A DNA stretch of 64,000 bases, from positions 248,001-312,000 of the forward strand of contig JAKIMF020000001.1 of NCBI GenBank assembly GCA_022605425.2, given 5' to 3'. A model generated the notes under the pieces. It saw only the letters and a list, made by a program, of their open reading frames with translations. It made no database searches and had not been told where the DNA came from. Every line of letters begins with the position of its first letter. The stretch's first letter is position 1. Position numbers and translations under genes: made by a program. This document shows positions 10,432-23,456 of the stretch, piece after piece. The DNA is from Hamiltosporidium tvaerminnensis FI-OER-3-3. Lineage: Eukaryota; Fungi; Microsporidia.

Positions 10432-11800
10432 TAGGGTTTTTCGATCAATATAATAATTATTTTGAAAAAAAAATTCATTCATAATAAAATTTACTCCTAT
10501 GTCAAATTCTTTTTCAGGTAAAAATACCAACGAGGACAAATATGATTTTCATGTAATGTGAAACACCGGAATGTATAGAGTGCTAAAATTACAATGTTTT
10601 GAAGTGTCTTGTGTAAAAATCTGGATCACATGATAAAAATCTCCCATTATCCACCATTCCAACTCTGAGGAAACAAATGGTTTCTATTAATGATCGGGAA
10701 TGCATAATTGAAAAAAACATTAGAAGGCTATTCTATGTCCGCAATTTCCTCTAATTATCGAATAAATTACCAGACGGCTAATAGTATCGTTAGACGATAT
10801 CTAAAAACCGGCTTAGGTATTTGTCGAGAAAAGAGGTGGTGATAGGGCGATCAAAGTTAACTTTGGAAATAAAAGAGAGCTTACAAACCTATGGAAATTT
10901 TGAGCGTAAAAAACCCTCTATGAGTTGGCAGAATGGGTTAAATGTACATTTTATGTTGATGTGTCAACTAGTACAATTGATCGCGCACTAAGGGAGTTAC
11001 ATTACACTCTAAAGCGTGTAACATTAGTGCCTGAGCGTAGAAATACACTTTCGACAATTGAGCTAAGAACCAATTACGCAACTAGTTTTCGTGAGTTGGA
11101 GGTTGATAACGATGACAAAAACTTTGTCTTTTTAGATGAAGTTGGGTTCGCAGTAGTAACACGCCCCAGTAGAGGTCGTAATATGAGAAGTGAATCTGCA
11201 TACTTATCTGCAACAGCAGCCCGAAGTAGAAATATTTCAGAAGTGTCGGCAATGAACAAATATGGTATGATATACCATAAGATTCATGAGAGGGCCATAA
11301 ATGATGAGGATTTCAAATTATTCTTTAAGGATATTCATTTAAGTTGTCAACGGCAAGGAATTTTGACTTCAATATTAGTAATGGACAATGCGAGAATTCA
11401 TCACTATCAGGGATTGAATGATGATGAGGAATTTTCTCGTATCGAATAAAATATCTTCCACTTTACTCTCCATTTCTTAATCCAATTGAGAATATATTCT
11501 CAGTCTGAAAAAATAGAGTAATTCGAGGTGGTGCTCGTACTGAGTCTCAGTTGAGAATATTAATTTGTGAAAAATTTAATGAGATCACGGGAGAACATTG
11601 TAGTTCTTTTTACCGTAAAATGTTAGGATATTTGCAAATGGCTGAAGTAGGGCAAGTGATTCTTGAATAATAAATCTCCAGTACTATTTATAATCAGTTT
11701 TTCAAATTTCTATTTTTCAAATTTTTATTTTATAAATTGTTTTTTTAAAAATGATTATTATATTTATTGCAATGATTATTATATTGATCGAAAAACCCTA
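10432..11800 (+). mobile_element. Tc1/IS630-family (DD34E) DNA transposon, disrupted transposase
   Basis: TIRs TAGGGTTTTTCGATCAATATAATAAT (10432) and its reverse complement ending at 11800, flanked by TA. Transposase motifs FVFLDEVGF, VMDNARIHH and YSPFLNPIE are split by stops and frameshifts. Confidence 0.92.
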
Positions 11801-12184
11801 TAATAGATCAGAGATATAAATAGATTGGAGATATAAACATTGATTCAAGAGAATTTTTAATTTAATTTTTAAACTTATTTTTAGGAAATTAAACGTAGAA
11901 TATTTAAGAATTTAAAAAGGTTTATTTAAATGTTTTATACTTTAGAAAATTGAATTGTATTTTAGAAAGTAAATTTAAGAATATTAAATAAAGAAATAAG
12001 TATAAAATGAATTGTATTTAAGAGAGAGAATTGTATTTAGAAAGTTGATTTAGAAATCTAAATAAATAAATAAGTATAAAGATAATTTTATTTAGAAAAG
12101 ATAATTGTATTAATAGTTTTCTCATAGTATTTACTAAGGATATCTGTTTTGCCTTATTGGTTTATAAAAATATACTTATAAGGT

Positions 12185-12535
12185 ATTTATTGGAAATCTG
12201 TTGGAATTGATGGTATTTATAAAGAAGTAACTAACAAATATATTTATAAGGATATAATAAGGTTGGAAGAGAAACTAGAAACTGATTATTTTAAATTATA
12301 AAGAATTAAATTAAAGAATAGATTACTGTATGGCTTTTTATACGGAATAAATATTTGTAAAGAAAGCTGTATTTCTTTATATCAGAGTGTGATGAATATG
12401 TTTTATTACTATGTAGAGATAATAAGGTAATTAGTAAAATATTTTGGTATTGAGATATGTAAAGATGTGAAAGTAGAAGATATTCTGAATTTATCTTTTT
12501 ATAAAGAGTATTGAAACAATCTTAAGGCAACATGT
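12185..12535 (+). mobile_element. Decayed internal fragment of the RT/RLE non-LTR retrotransposon
   Basis: TTGGAAATCTGTTGGAATTGATGGTAT (~12190) and GAGTATTGAAACAATCTTAAGGCAACATG (~12506-12534) match 44404-44432 and 44760-44788 of the intact element, with similar spacing. Confidence 0.7.
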
Positions 12536-15216
12536 AGTGATATTTTAAGTTTTTATTTACTTTATTATTATTTTAATACCTTTTAAGGTAAAGATTTTAT
12601 ATAAAAATATTTATTTAAAAGAAGGTAAATGAAAATTTTATTATTGAATGAAGATTTTACTTAGAAAGGTTTTCAAAGAAATTTGTTATGTTTTTGTATT
12701 TTATGGGGTTTAATTATATTTTGATTTATTTTAGTTTACGATACGTATATATAGGTTACAATTGTTTATTAAATATTGATTATTAATATTGATTAGTAGC
12801 AAAAATTTTATTAAAAATAGGTTAAAAAACTTTGAATTTAAGGCTAGTCTCAATTGAGGTTATAAAAAAAACTGGTTTTAAAGTTATAAGGAAAACTGAG
12901 TATAAATGATATTTTTGTTATTTTACAAATAATCTTTTCAGGAGAATAGGTTATTTTAAAAATTTTGTGGGTAATAAAGATATCAGGTGTAATTAATTTG
13001 TTTAGGAAAGGGTTTATGTTGAAAAAGTAGAAAACTTTTTAGGACTTTGGTCAGGTGATTTAGTGTAAAAAAAAAATTTTATGTTTTTTTACATGCTGTA
13101 TTGTTTTGAAATAAGCTATGAGAGTGATGAAGAGAGTTTGGCGATATTTTTAAATGATACTTTTTGGCAAAAAGTGTTGGTAGAGAATATTGTATGTTAA
13201 GATTTGTTATAACGAGTGTTTAAATCGTGCAAAACACGAACTGAATTATCCATCTACATACTTTAAAGTTTCAAACAACTTACCATTAACCATTTAATTT
13301 ACTATCTTATAGTTACAAATTAAAAAAAGCTTCAATGGTATTTTAAAGATGGTCTCTATACTATTGCTTGCAGACATATTTATCCGAACTTTCACGATTT
13401 TAGTGTAGAGTAGGTGTTTAATATATAGAAAGAAACAAATTTACAAATATAGAGTTTAAGATATTTTTTATTATGAATCTGAGTTCAAAGAAAAATTTTT
13501 AGTTTTCAACACTTTTATTCACAAATAATCATTTTTTTTATTATTCTATACTAAAGATGCAATACTAAAGAATATGTAATGTGTAAAATAATTAATTATT
13601 AATAGTTTAGATGTTATTGGTATTTGTCATTAATAATTTAGGAAATTGTAGATTAGATTTAATAGTAGAAATTATTAATAACGACTTTCTATGTTTATAT
13701 GTTAATTTGGATCTGTAAATATTTTTTGGTGTATTTCGTTTAAGAAAATCTTTTTTTCAAACAAATATTTAGTGTCGAAAGCAAAATAAAACTTAGGAAA
13801 ATTTATAGAACTTGGTTGAATTGTGTAAAAGAGAAATTCTTATAGGATTCCGTTTTAAATTTTATTATTTCTCTTTAAAATTATTGCTGAGATACATTTT
13901 TATATTTTTAAACATCTGTATGAAAATTTTGACATTTCATTTAAAAATTAATAATAGACATGAAGAAATCTTTTCTGTGGTTTGTATAAAATTCAATTGT
14001 ATATTGTCCCGAGGATTAAAAAGTTTGGAGACCCTTTGGTCTAGATGGACTCTATGTAAGTTTCTGGTATATCTTAACTGGAAATATATACGGTTTTAAA
14101 ATGTAGATTGAGTAGGTATTCTGCTACTTCTAAGGAGCCTAAGGATGGGCTTTAATTTTGAATCACAATCCATGAAACAAACATTTGAAACACCAGGAAA
14201 CTCACCGTCTATTAAATTATTTATACACATCTTTGGATATAAATTTTGTGATCTAGGTTTCTAGAGAAATACTGATGGTTTATTGCGGGAGCAGTTATCT
14301 ATGTTGGTCGAGAATTGAGTTAATAACATGAAAAGATATAAAATTTTCTATCCTTTTAGTATAAATTGATATTTATAAAACAAAAATATTTTTACTTTTG
14401 AATTTTTACATTTATATTGAATTTAATCTTAAAAATATTTTTTGCTGAATTTTATTAAAAAAAATATAAAATTTATAATTTGACTATAAATATTTAATTT
14501 TACTTCATAGAAGAAAAACAAACAGTTTAACTATTTAATTTATTGGTATTGTTACGTTTATTTTTCTAATTTTTTTGTATAATTCTCATTTTTTTATAAA
14601 TTATTAATTCGAGTTGTATCTCTGTGTTTATTATGCGTTTAAAGTATTTATTGTAATATAAATAAAAGAAGAATATTGCAATTTATTTAAATTAAAGAAA
14701 TTAAAGAAATTAAAAAAAAAATTAAATTAAAGAAATTAAGGAATGTTAAGTAATTATAGAAATTAGGAAATTTAAAATATTGTAGAAATAGAGAAATTAA
14801 GGACATTAAATAAAATATTTTTGAAGAATTTAGAATACAGTTAGTATGAATTCAGTTCTTGTCTTGTTCCTTGTTTCTTTTATATCTCTTTTGTAGTTAT
14901 ATTAGACCCTTTTTATATATTTTGAATCAAAGGCGCAAATATTAGAAAAATTATAAATTGAATTAGATTATCTTCTTTTATAGACATAAATAATTTGATT
15001 ATTTACATTTTAGTGGTTTTTTAATCTAAATATTTAAAAAGAAGAGATTCGATTTTAAAATCTATATTAAAAACCAAGAAAATGGAATCAAAAAGAATAT
15101 TTTATATTCTATTTTTGCATTATTATATTAAAGATCAAATTTATATTAGAATTTAAATTAGGAAAATTAATTTATCATTTATTATGTTTAAATATAATTT
15201 GTAATTTACTCCTTAT

Positions 15217-17022
15217 ATGAGTCTGGTTTTTTGGATTTACATTGTAAGTTGTTCTCGTGTGATAAATATTATAAGAAACGGCAGCAGATTTCGAAACCTG
15301 CATCGAAGTAATTGTTTCACATCTTTATCTAAGAACGAATTGAGTGCTAATGAAAGGTCGAATATTTATGAAACAAAAAAACCAGCATCTTTAGCAGCAA
15401 AGAAAATTGATCCCGTGTATAAAAGCCTTCATGAAATCAAATTATTACATAAAAATGTTACGGAAAATAGAAATTTTATACCTAGTGACAATGAAAGGAT
15501 TTTACCTTATTTGAGATTTAATATTAAATGCATTTTAAAGAAGGAACGTAAAAATAGTAAAAACTATCTTGAAGATTGTGATTTTGAGAATCACTTCCTT
15601 AAGGTAGCCTATCCAACCCGTTTATATGTAGAAAAGGATTTGGATCTTTATAATTCGTCTACTAAAGAACTTTTTAGAAGGAAAAGGAGTGTTTCTATTA
15701 AGCCGAAGATATTATCAAAAATGATAAATACGTTTTTTGAAAAAAGTCAAGATGAGTCATTTAATCTCAGCAATAGAAATGCTTATGATTTTTTTGATTT
15801 TAAAAAAAGTGAAACACTGATGAATATTAAGAATGTTATTAGAGATACTGAAAATCGTTTGGCGCAAAATGGTACATCAGATTCTTTAAAATGGGCAAGA
15901 TTTTTTCAAGATTCGGAAATAGAGAACCTTTTTATTTTTTATTTGCTATTAGTTAAATATTCAAATGAAAAACAAAATATGGATGAATTTTTGTCGAAAA
16001 ATAATCTTGACTTGGATGTGATTCAGTCTAAAATTGCGGAGATTAAAAGTTGTCATTTTGATGGTTTTGATTTTACGGAGACTTTGGATTTGAATTTTTA
16101 TGATTATAACTATTTTTTTGACGCATCTTCAGAATTTTATGAAGATAGTTTAAAACTTTTGGCAAAAAACTTTCAAGCTATAAATTATGATCAATTTGGA
16201 AATATGAACGAATCATTCCTGAGCGAAGATAAATTTAATGAAGTTTTCAAGAAAAAAATATATGATCATAAGATTCCATTAGATTTTTTAACTTGCATTC
16301 GAATAAAAAAAGAAACCACTAATATTTTGATTAAAAGACTATTTTTGGAAGTCCAAACTGTAAAGATGATAATGAAATTGTATGATACCTTATTTTTGGT
16401 TTATTCATATCAAAGAACACAGATGGATTATGTCATAGTGGCTAATTTTATAATATTTTTTGCAAAAGATATTGTAAAACTTTTTGAACACGAAAAAAAC
16501 GAACTGACAGTATTTCTTACGCTGATCTGCAATTTAAGAAATTTTTCATTATCCTGTGCTGAAATAGCGAGTTTTTCAGATAAACCGGTTAAAACATATG
16601 TAAACCTATCTGTTATAGCGATGTTTTCACAACTTAAAATTGAAGACCAGAATGATGCTGTTATCGTTGATTTAAAAAATGAAATTTCAAGGAATTTCTT
16701 TGTTAGTTTTCTTTATAGCCAATCTAATTGGTTAAATAATATTTCAAGATTTTACGGAACAGGATACAACTTTTTTTATGAATTCAAATTTATTGAGCAT
16801 CTATTATGTCGTCAATATGGTATTTCTTATCTAAAAGGTGAATGTTATTATTATAATTTATTAATGTATCTACTAGATAATAATATATTCATTTCTGACA
16901 TATTTGACAGAGATGAACTTCTCTACGTAGCAAGGTCACTTCGTTCAAATAATGCATTTGGTAATACTTCTAAAGAATGTAGTGAATTAATACGCATAAT
17001 TGAGTATTTTTTAAAAGTCTGA
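15217..17022 (+). CDS. Lineage-specific 601-aa protein ('gene A'), possibly secreted; paralog of 54973-56784
   Basis: Long ORF, short hydrophobic N-terminus MSLVFWIYIVSCS, RRKRS polybasic site, CC motif just before the ATG, and a near-identical intact paralog. Confidence 0.85.
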   Translation: MSLVFWIYIVSCSRVINIIRNGSRFRNLHRSNCFTSLSKNELSANERSNIYETKKPASLAAKKIDPVYKSLHEIKLLHKNVTENRNFIPSDNERILPYLRFNIKCILKKERKNSKNYLEDCDFENHFLKVAYPTRLYVEKDLDLYNSSTKELFRRKRSVSIKPKILSKMINTFFEKSQDESFNLSNRNAYDFFDFKKSETLMNIKNVIRDTENRLAQNGTSDSLKWARFFQDSEIENLFIFYLLLVKYSNEKQNMDEFLSKNNLDLDVIQSKIAEIKSCHFDGFDFTETLDLNFYDYNYFFDASSEFYEDSLKLLAKNFQAINYDQFGNMNESFLSEDKFNEVFKKKIYDHKIPLDFLTCIRIKKETTNILIKRLFLEVQTVKMIMKLYDTLFLVYSYQRTQMDYVIVANFIIFFAKDIVKLFEHEKNELTVFLTLICNLRNFSLSCAEIASFSDKPVKTYVNLSVIAMFSQLKIEDQNDAVIVDLKNEISRNFFVSFLYSQSNWLNNISRFYGTGYNFFYEFKFIEHLLCRQYGISYLKGECYYYNLLMYLLDNNIFISDIFDRDELLYVARSLRSNNAFGNTSKECSELIRIIEYFLKV

Positions 17023-18084
17023 TTCAGTTATTGATATTAAGTTTAACTTTATTCTCTGAAATCAATAAAAAAAAGTTTTTTCATTCACTTCATAACCTTT
17101 AAACTCTTTTTTTAAATATTACAGTAAAATTAATTTTTGGATATACTTTTTAAAATAATTCAGTCTTCATTTGCTTTTAACAATAGATAACGGAGAAATA
17201 AAGGCCACATATTTTTTCCTGTGACAATTTACTAACAAAAGAGTACATTACGCTTTCACGTGAAGCCGGTTTCTGGTTTTAAATATTTAAACATTCAAAT
17301 GGTTTTTATACTATCGTCGTAAAACTTCTTACTTTAAACTTTCATTAATATGGTGAAGTAGATTGTAAGGCGATTGGGTTTAGAACCCGGTCTTTATTGT
17401 TTAATTTATTTTTTTAAAACTTTTTTATCTCAAATTGTGGAAACTAGCTCATAAATCGAGTGTGGTTTATCTCTCACCAAAATTTCACAATGATTTTTAC
17501 TCCATTGCAATACACTCATTACCAAGCAGTGGTTTTTAATGTGGGTTTTCTCTTACAAATATTCAATGAATGAAAAAAACAATAAAAATCATATTAGACA
17601 CGTGTTTGTCTATTCTTATACTAATAATTGCATTTTTAAAAAAAAATTACAATTAAATATGCGAGTAAAATAATCTATAGAAAATTAATTAAATATACAG
17701 CGTTTTTTATTAGGAATAAATATTCTTCACTGATTTATAAGTATTTTAAGGTTTATATAGCTGATTTCAATAAATATTATTTACTTTAGTAGAATATATT
17801 TTGTATTTTGTATTTGGTTATAATTATTTACGAACTATTCAAAAATACTTAATCAAATAATTTAAAGTTATTATTTTTGAATAATCGAATACTTAATATA
17901 AATAAAAAAAATTATTAAAAGCATTGGTTTTGGGATTCCTCACAGAACAAATTTTTTTTCATTTCTGTAAATTTATTTCAAAGAATTCAATACGATAGGA
18001 ATAATATACTTGTATTTTAAAAAACATAAATGACTTGAAATGTAAAGAAAGAAATGTTTATTTTATTTTTTTTATTTATTAGTT

Positions 18085-19970
18085 TCAGTTTTCGTCTCCT
18101 GCATAGTATTCTCCTTCGGAATCAAAATCAGTATTTGGTGCATCATAACCAGAGTCTTCATTGAATTCTGAACACTCTTCTGATTCTTCTTCGCATGGAT
18201 CAGAATTGTTTTGTGGTTCTGTTGCAATTTCCGTAATGTCATTATCCCATGTCATGTTATGGATCGGCATATTGAAATCACCTTGATTTGTCTCGCTATT
18301 TTCTTGTTTTTTCTTTTCATTTTGTTTGGTTTGTTTGCTATTCTTCTCTTTTTTTTCAGTTGAGTTTGTAGAACTTGTATTTGACGAGTCATTTGTCATT
18401 TCATTTTCCTTTTTAGAGCATTCCCATGTTTGTTTTTTGGGGGATTGTTTGTTGAATTCAGAATTGCTTTGGTTATTAGAAAAAGGTTTAGATATCTCTT
18501 TTGATTCTGGAGTTGTGCAATCCTTCTTACAGTCAAAGTTATTTTGAGTTTGGTTATTCTTATTACTGCTTATATCGCTAGGATTATCTTCTGGTGCAAA
18601 TTTTCCGTATTTCCTATAATATTCCCATAAATGAATTTGACGGGAATACTCACTGTCAGAGTCAATCATTTCATCATGATCTATATGTTCTTCCATATCG
18701 TTTTTGTGTTGATCGTTGTATTTATATTTTTCATCTGAAACTTTTTTGTTGCAACAATTTGAACACGCATATTGTCTCATACAACCCTCACTTGAATCCT
18801 CTACTTCAAACGAACCACTTTGATTTGAAACATTTGTTTCGTTTTTAGCGGGAAGACTATTAGCTTTTTTTTGTCTTCTTGGATGTCGAACTTTTGTATA
18901 TTCATCAGACTCACTTTCACAAATATTGACAAACACAGAGTTTCCAGAAAATTTATTTTTATATTTTCCTTCTATTGAATCGAGTGACCTATAAAAGTTA
19001 TCTAGGTTGTTTTGTAACCTTGATATATATGGAATGAAGGTATTTTGTTCATCCTCGTCTGTGTTTCTATTTCTTCTGTTATTTGCTAAAGATCTATTCG
19101 AAATCGATCTGTCAAAATAATTTAATATTCTTGATCTGATGTGTTCCCGATTTCTAATATTTCTATTTGTTCTAAATCGTATACTTTGTGGAAGAGTTTC
19201 AAAAATATTGTTATTATTGCTCTGATTTTCAATCGTATTTGAATAAATCGGTGGTTCATGCTCCGAAGATAAATTTATGTCAGATAATTCTCTTTCTTCT
19301 ATAGGCGATGAAAAGGGTTCGATTGTCGATTCTGGATATACTCTACTTGAAAAATTTGATCTTTGAAAAAAACCATTGATATTTATATTAAATAGACTAT
19401 CTCGTGTATCCATATTCGTAAGTGTTCTCACTCTACATCTACGTTCGCGAAAAAAACGTTCATGACTCGAAGATAAATTAGAATCTTCATTATGACAGTT
19501 GTTTAAAATTTCTGGACTTAAATACTCTATTTCATTATAGGTTTCTTCCTCAATATAAGTTGATTTGTCATCTTCATCATCTATGTTGCTAGAGCTAATA
19601 TTTGAATACTCATTGTCGATATCCGAACAATTATTGTATTCAATATTTATTATTGGATCATTCTGAGCTACTATGTTCTCAAAAAGAAGTTTCCGTTCGG
19701 GGTTTTCATTTTGGTATTCTGATGGTTGAATTTCTTGATTGTTAATATCTTCGTCATTTATATTTTTCTTAGTATTTATTATTGTTTTACCGGTAATATT
19801 AACATCTTTTTTGTATCAGATTTTTCCTCGCTATTCTGATTCTTTTTATCTTCTTTTATATCAGATTCTGATTGTTGTTCGATCATTGAATTTTTGTCAT
19901 CCGAAGAATTCTTTTTATTCGTAGCATTATTATTATTTACTGGTGATGTAATATTTTCTTTTTTTGGCAT
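18085..19970 (-). CDS. Lineage-specific acidic, low-complexity protein ('gene B'), split by a 1-nt frameshift near 19810; paralog of 50890-52772
   Basis: ORFs 19779-19970 and 18085-19431 join by alignment to the paralog (GAT ACA AAA AAG here versus GAT ATC AAA AAA GAT). Confidence 0.8.
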
Positions 19971-20584
19971 TCGTTATAAATTCTTCACCTTTTTATAAAT
20001 GACGTAAAACGAATGTGAAACTTCGTTTCTCAAACATTGAAAATGTAAAAAGCTATTCGTTGTTGTTTAAATATGTTTGGATTTCGAGGCAAAAAACATT
20101 ATAGAATCCAAACGTTGGTCTTTATAGAATTTACTTTGTTTATTTTTCGTTTTGTTTCGAATATTCTGCAAAAAAGTTTGAAAATCTATTAGATTCTTAA
20201 TCGAATATTCTATTTGTCATTGCTTTTCAGGAATGCAAAAAAATATGCCTTTTACATCGCTTTTGTGCACAGGAATAAATGAAACAATTGGTATTATAAC
20301 CTAAAAAAATTGATATCAAAATAAACCCAAATTTTATCATTATTTTTGAAAAATAGGGATAATTTATTGTTAATTGTACTCTAATGCTCTAAATATGATC
20401 GAATTATCGAATTTTGAATGGGAATTTTAACATCATAAGTTTAAAATTTATCTGAAAGAGTTTTAGATTGAAATGAATCATAAACCCCTAAAAAAAATTA
20501 TAGTCACATGATATATAATTTAATTCAAGTCATTTTGTTGAAATAATTACTGAAACTGTAATGAATTAACGTTTTAATTTTAAA

Positions 20585-21300
20585 TAATCACGTATTTTAA
20601 AACCGTAAGTTGTAATTCTTTCTTTTCATGGCATTAAATCTTTACTAGGTTTAACATAAATAACTGCTCTTCTGGCATTCCATTGGTACCACCTACGATA
20701 CCTGCGTCACAAAGCCTTTTATCTACCAAGTGTGTAGAACCCAATTAATAGGTGAGGCGGTTGCCCGGAGTTCGTTAATGTCCGTTGCATAGTGTGTGAT
20801 CGTAGGTTTAACTCCATCCTGAGCTTCTCCCAAAAGACTATGTAGCATTTCCACTTACTCTACACTTCTGAACCCAATAAACTTCTAGCTAAGATATATT
20901 TCAGAGGTTTACAGGGGGTCCACCTAGACAATGCAATGTCATACCAACAGGTATAACCTGCTACTTAGCTCTCCCGGCTTTTAATGGTTTTTATTTTTAT
21001 ATCTCCCAAGCGCTAAGTCTTCTAACCCGAGTGAGCAAGGCTATGCTTCCATGCTTTTATATGGCAATTACCTACAATTTCAACTGCGGTTTGTGATCCA
21101 ATCAAATAAAAAACTACAAATAAATTTGTAAAAAAAAGTTTCTCCATTTCTTAGACATTATCCTCCTCATATAAACTCCCATGAAACAACCGAAGATGTA
21201 TGTGATTTTATTCCCATTAAAAATACAAACAATGATCCTCACATTAAGTTCACACACTCATTGCCAAGCAGAAAGTTTTTAATGCAGTTATCCTTCCCAC
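20585..21300 (-). mobile_element. ~720-bp dispersed non-coding element (SINE-like), copy a
   Basis: Shares near-invariant blocks CCACTTACTCTACAC(T)TTCTGAACCCAATAAACTTCTAGC and GGTCCACCTAGACA(G)TGCAATGTCATACCAACAGGTATAACCTGCTACTTAGC with the other copies. Strand inferred from the TAAATAAA tail of the intact copies. Confidence 0.85.
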
Positions 21301-21360
21301 TCAACAAAGTTCAATTTATAAAAATTATTTTACTTATAAATTACAATCCCTTATTAAGAA

Positions 21361-21588
21361 ATGGAAAATAAAAAAATATTTTACCAAAATTTTATAGGAA
21401 ATTCGGTGCGTGTAAAATGTAATGATAGCACTTTTTACGTAGGAAAAATGATTTCTATCGACGGATATTTAAATATTGTTATAGAAAATCCACTTTTTTA
21501 TATATCAGAAACCACAGAACCATTAAAATATAAAAGTATTTTTATCAAAGGAGCAAATGTCGATTATATATCTTTAGAATCAAAATAG
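21361..21588 (+). CDS. Sm/Lsm-fold protein (Lsm6/SmF-like)
   Basis: Sm1 motif (IGNSVRVK..YVGKMISIDGYLNIVIEN) and Sm2 motif (IFIKGANVDYI); 75 aa; CCC upstream of the ATG. Confidence 0.88.
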   Translation: MENKKIFYQNFIGNSVRVKCNDSTFYVGKMISIDGYLNIVIENPLFYISETTEPLKYKSIFIKGANVDYISLESK

Positions 21589-21984
21589 TTTTTAAATTTT
21601 TCTTTAATCGTAACTTATTTTAAAATATTTTATAATTTATTTTTATTCTTTTAATTTCTTTTTAATATTACCGAACGTTTATTCTTAAATTTTTCTTTAT
21701 TTTTTAATTTCTTCCATATTCTTTCCGCTTTCTTTGCCAAATTCCTTGTAATTTACTAGCATTCTTCTTTCTATCTTTCCTAATACATTTTTACAATTTT
21801 ACAAATAAATTCGGTTTTTTATTTAATTAAGAATTTATAATGTTATTTCCTTTATTCATTCACATTTATAATTCCTTTATAAACATTCTTTATATTTCAA
21901 TTTTATTTTTTATATTTTAAAACGAAGCTGATTTCTATTATTCTAATTAACTGTAAGATGGAGTGAACTTTGGGTTTTTTCATT

Positions 21985-22175
21985 TAAACTCTAATTCTAA
22001 TTACAATCCTAATCCCGATTCAAACTCTAATTCTAATTCAAACTCTAATTCTAATTCAAACTCTCTCTAATCACAATTCAAATCCCGATTCAAATTCTAA
22101 TCAAAACTCTAATCCTAATTCAATCTCAAATTCTAATTCATACTCTAATTCTAATCCTAATTCTAATTACAATTC
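21985..22175 (+). repeat. Degenerate hexamer repeat (TCTAAT/TTCAAA)
   Basis: CTCTAATTCTAATTCAAA-type units read directly from the sequence. Confidence 0.8.
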
Positions 22176-22539
22176 CAGTGTGTTATAAACCCCTGTGTAA
22201 ATTTAATTAATCATCGTTTTTTCTAAAATTCTAGTTTCAGATTTCTTGATCTTTATATTATTATATATTAATTAAAAAATCTCCGATTCTTCTCATTAAA
22301 CAGAATAAATAATTTTGATTCTCTCTTCTTTAAAAATTATAGATTAAAAACCTTTTTATTTGTAAATTTATTAAAATACTTTTTAATCTGTGAAATAACA
22401 ATACCTTCTAAGTCATAATATTTCAATGCTAAGTAAATTTATAAAAAAACTCAATTGTAAAAAACTTAGGATTTTTAAAATACTCTATAAACTAAAATAT
22501 TATTACGTAATTCTTTATATTCTAAAATCTAAAAAAATT

Positions 22540-22740
22540 AGGATTTCTCAGTCTCACTAAATTTAAAATACAAATTTTTCTAATTCTGATTAAATTTAAA
22601 ATATTTCTCAGTCTCACTACATTTAAAATATTTCTCAGTCTCACTAAATTCAAAATATTTTTCTAAGTCTGATTAAATACAAATTATTTTTCTCAGTCTC
22701 ACTAAATTTAAAATATTTTTCTAAGTCTGATTAAATTTTA
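22540..22740 (+). repeat. ~28-30-bp degenerate tandem repeat
   Basis: TTTCTCAGTCTCACTAAATTTAAAATA alternating with TTTCTAAGTCTGATTAAAT. Confidence 0.8.
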
Positions 22741-22761
22741 AAAAACCACCCTCAACAGTCT

Positions 22762-23456
22762 ATGGTACAAAAAATTACACAACTTGAGGCTAAAAAAATA
22801 TATTCTGATCTTTTTGAAATGGGATTTTCTTTAAACTCATTAATGAAATAGCTGGTTACTTATCATATAACATAATATCAGACATTTTAAAAAAAGAAAA
22901 ATTAAAAAATGTTTTAATACTGATAGGACCTGGCAATAATGGAGGGGATGGGTTATTTATATCTAAATATCTAAAAATAGAAAATTATAATATTAAAATA
23001 TGGTGTAATAAAGACAGTACATCCAGATTTATTAAAAATTTGTAAAAATTTAGAAATTGAAAATCCAAATCTAAAACAAAAATTAAATCAAATTCTAAAA
23101 AATTTGTAAAAATTTAGAAATTGAAATATCTAATTTTGATTTTATTATTGATTCTAGATTTGGATTTTCATATAAACCACCAATAAGAGAACCGTATTTG
23201 TCAGTAATTAATAAAATTAAAAATCATAAAAAAAGTTATTTCTATTGATGTTCCTACATCATATGTGGTAGATAAAGAAAATACTGATTGTATTTTTAAA
23301 CCTTTATTTGTTATATGCTTTGTTGCTCCTAAATTCTGTTGTGTTGGTTTAAATGTTTAGGTTGTTAAATGTTTTATTCCAAGAAGTATTTGTAAATATC
23401 TTTATGATTTGAATTATGATAGTTATAGATATTATGAATCTTTGGAACTAAAATAA
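22762..23456 (+). pseudogene. NAD(P)H-hydrate epimerase (YjeF N-terminal domain), disrupted
   Basis: Not in the ORF track. Translated segments MVQKITQLEAKK..GFSLNSLM, LIGPGNNGGDGLF, FGFSYKPPIREPY and VISIDVPT, broken by several frameshifts, a stop and an internal duplication. CCC motif upstream. Confidence 0.82.

Larger units (their letters stand above)
14939..20345 (+). repeat. Left arm of an inverted segmental duplication (genes A+B and flanks)
   Basis: Near-identical reverse-complement match to ~50520-57065, including upstream regions and the 3' flank of gene B. Confidence 0.9.

Noticed and set aside
14100-14320. Possible transposase remnant on the minus strand (DNC..NK, FMDCDS)
   Set aside because: Too degraded to assign with confidence.
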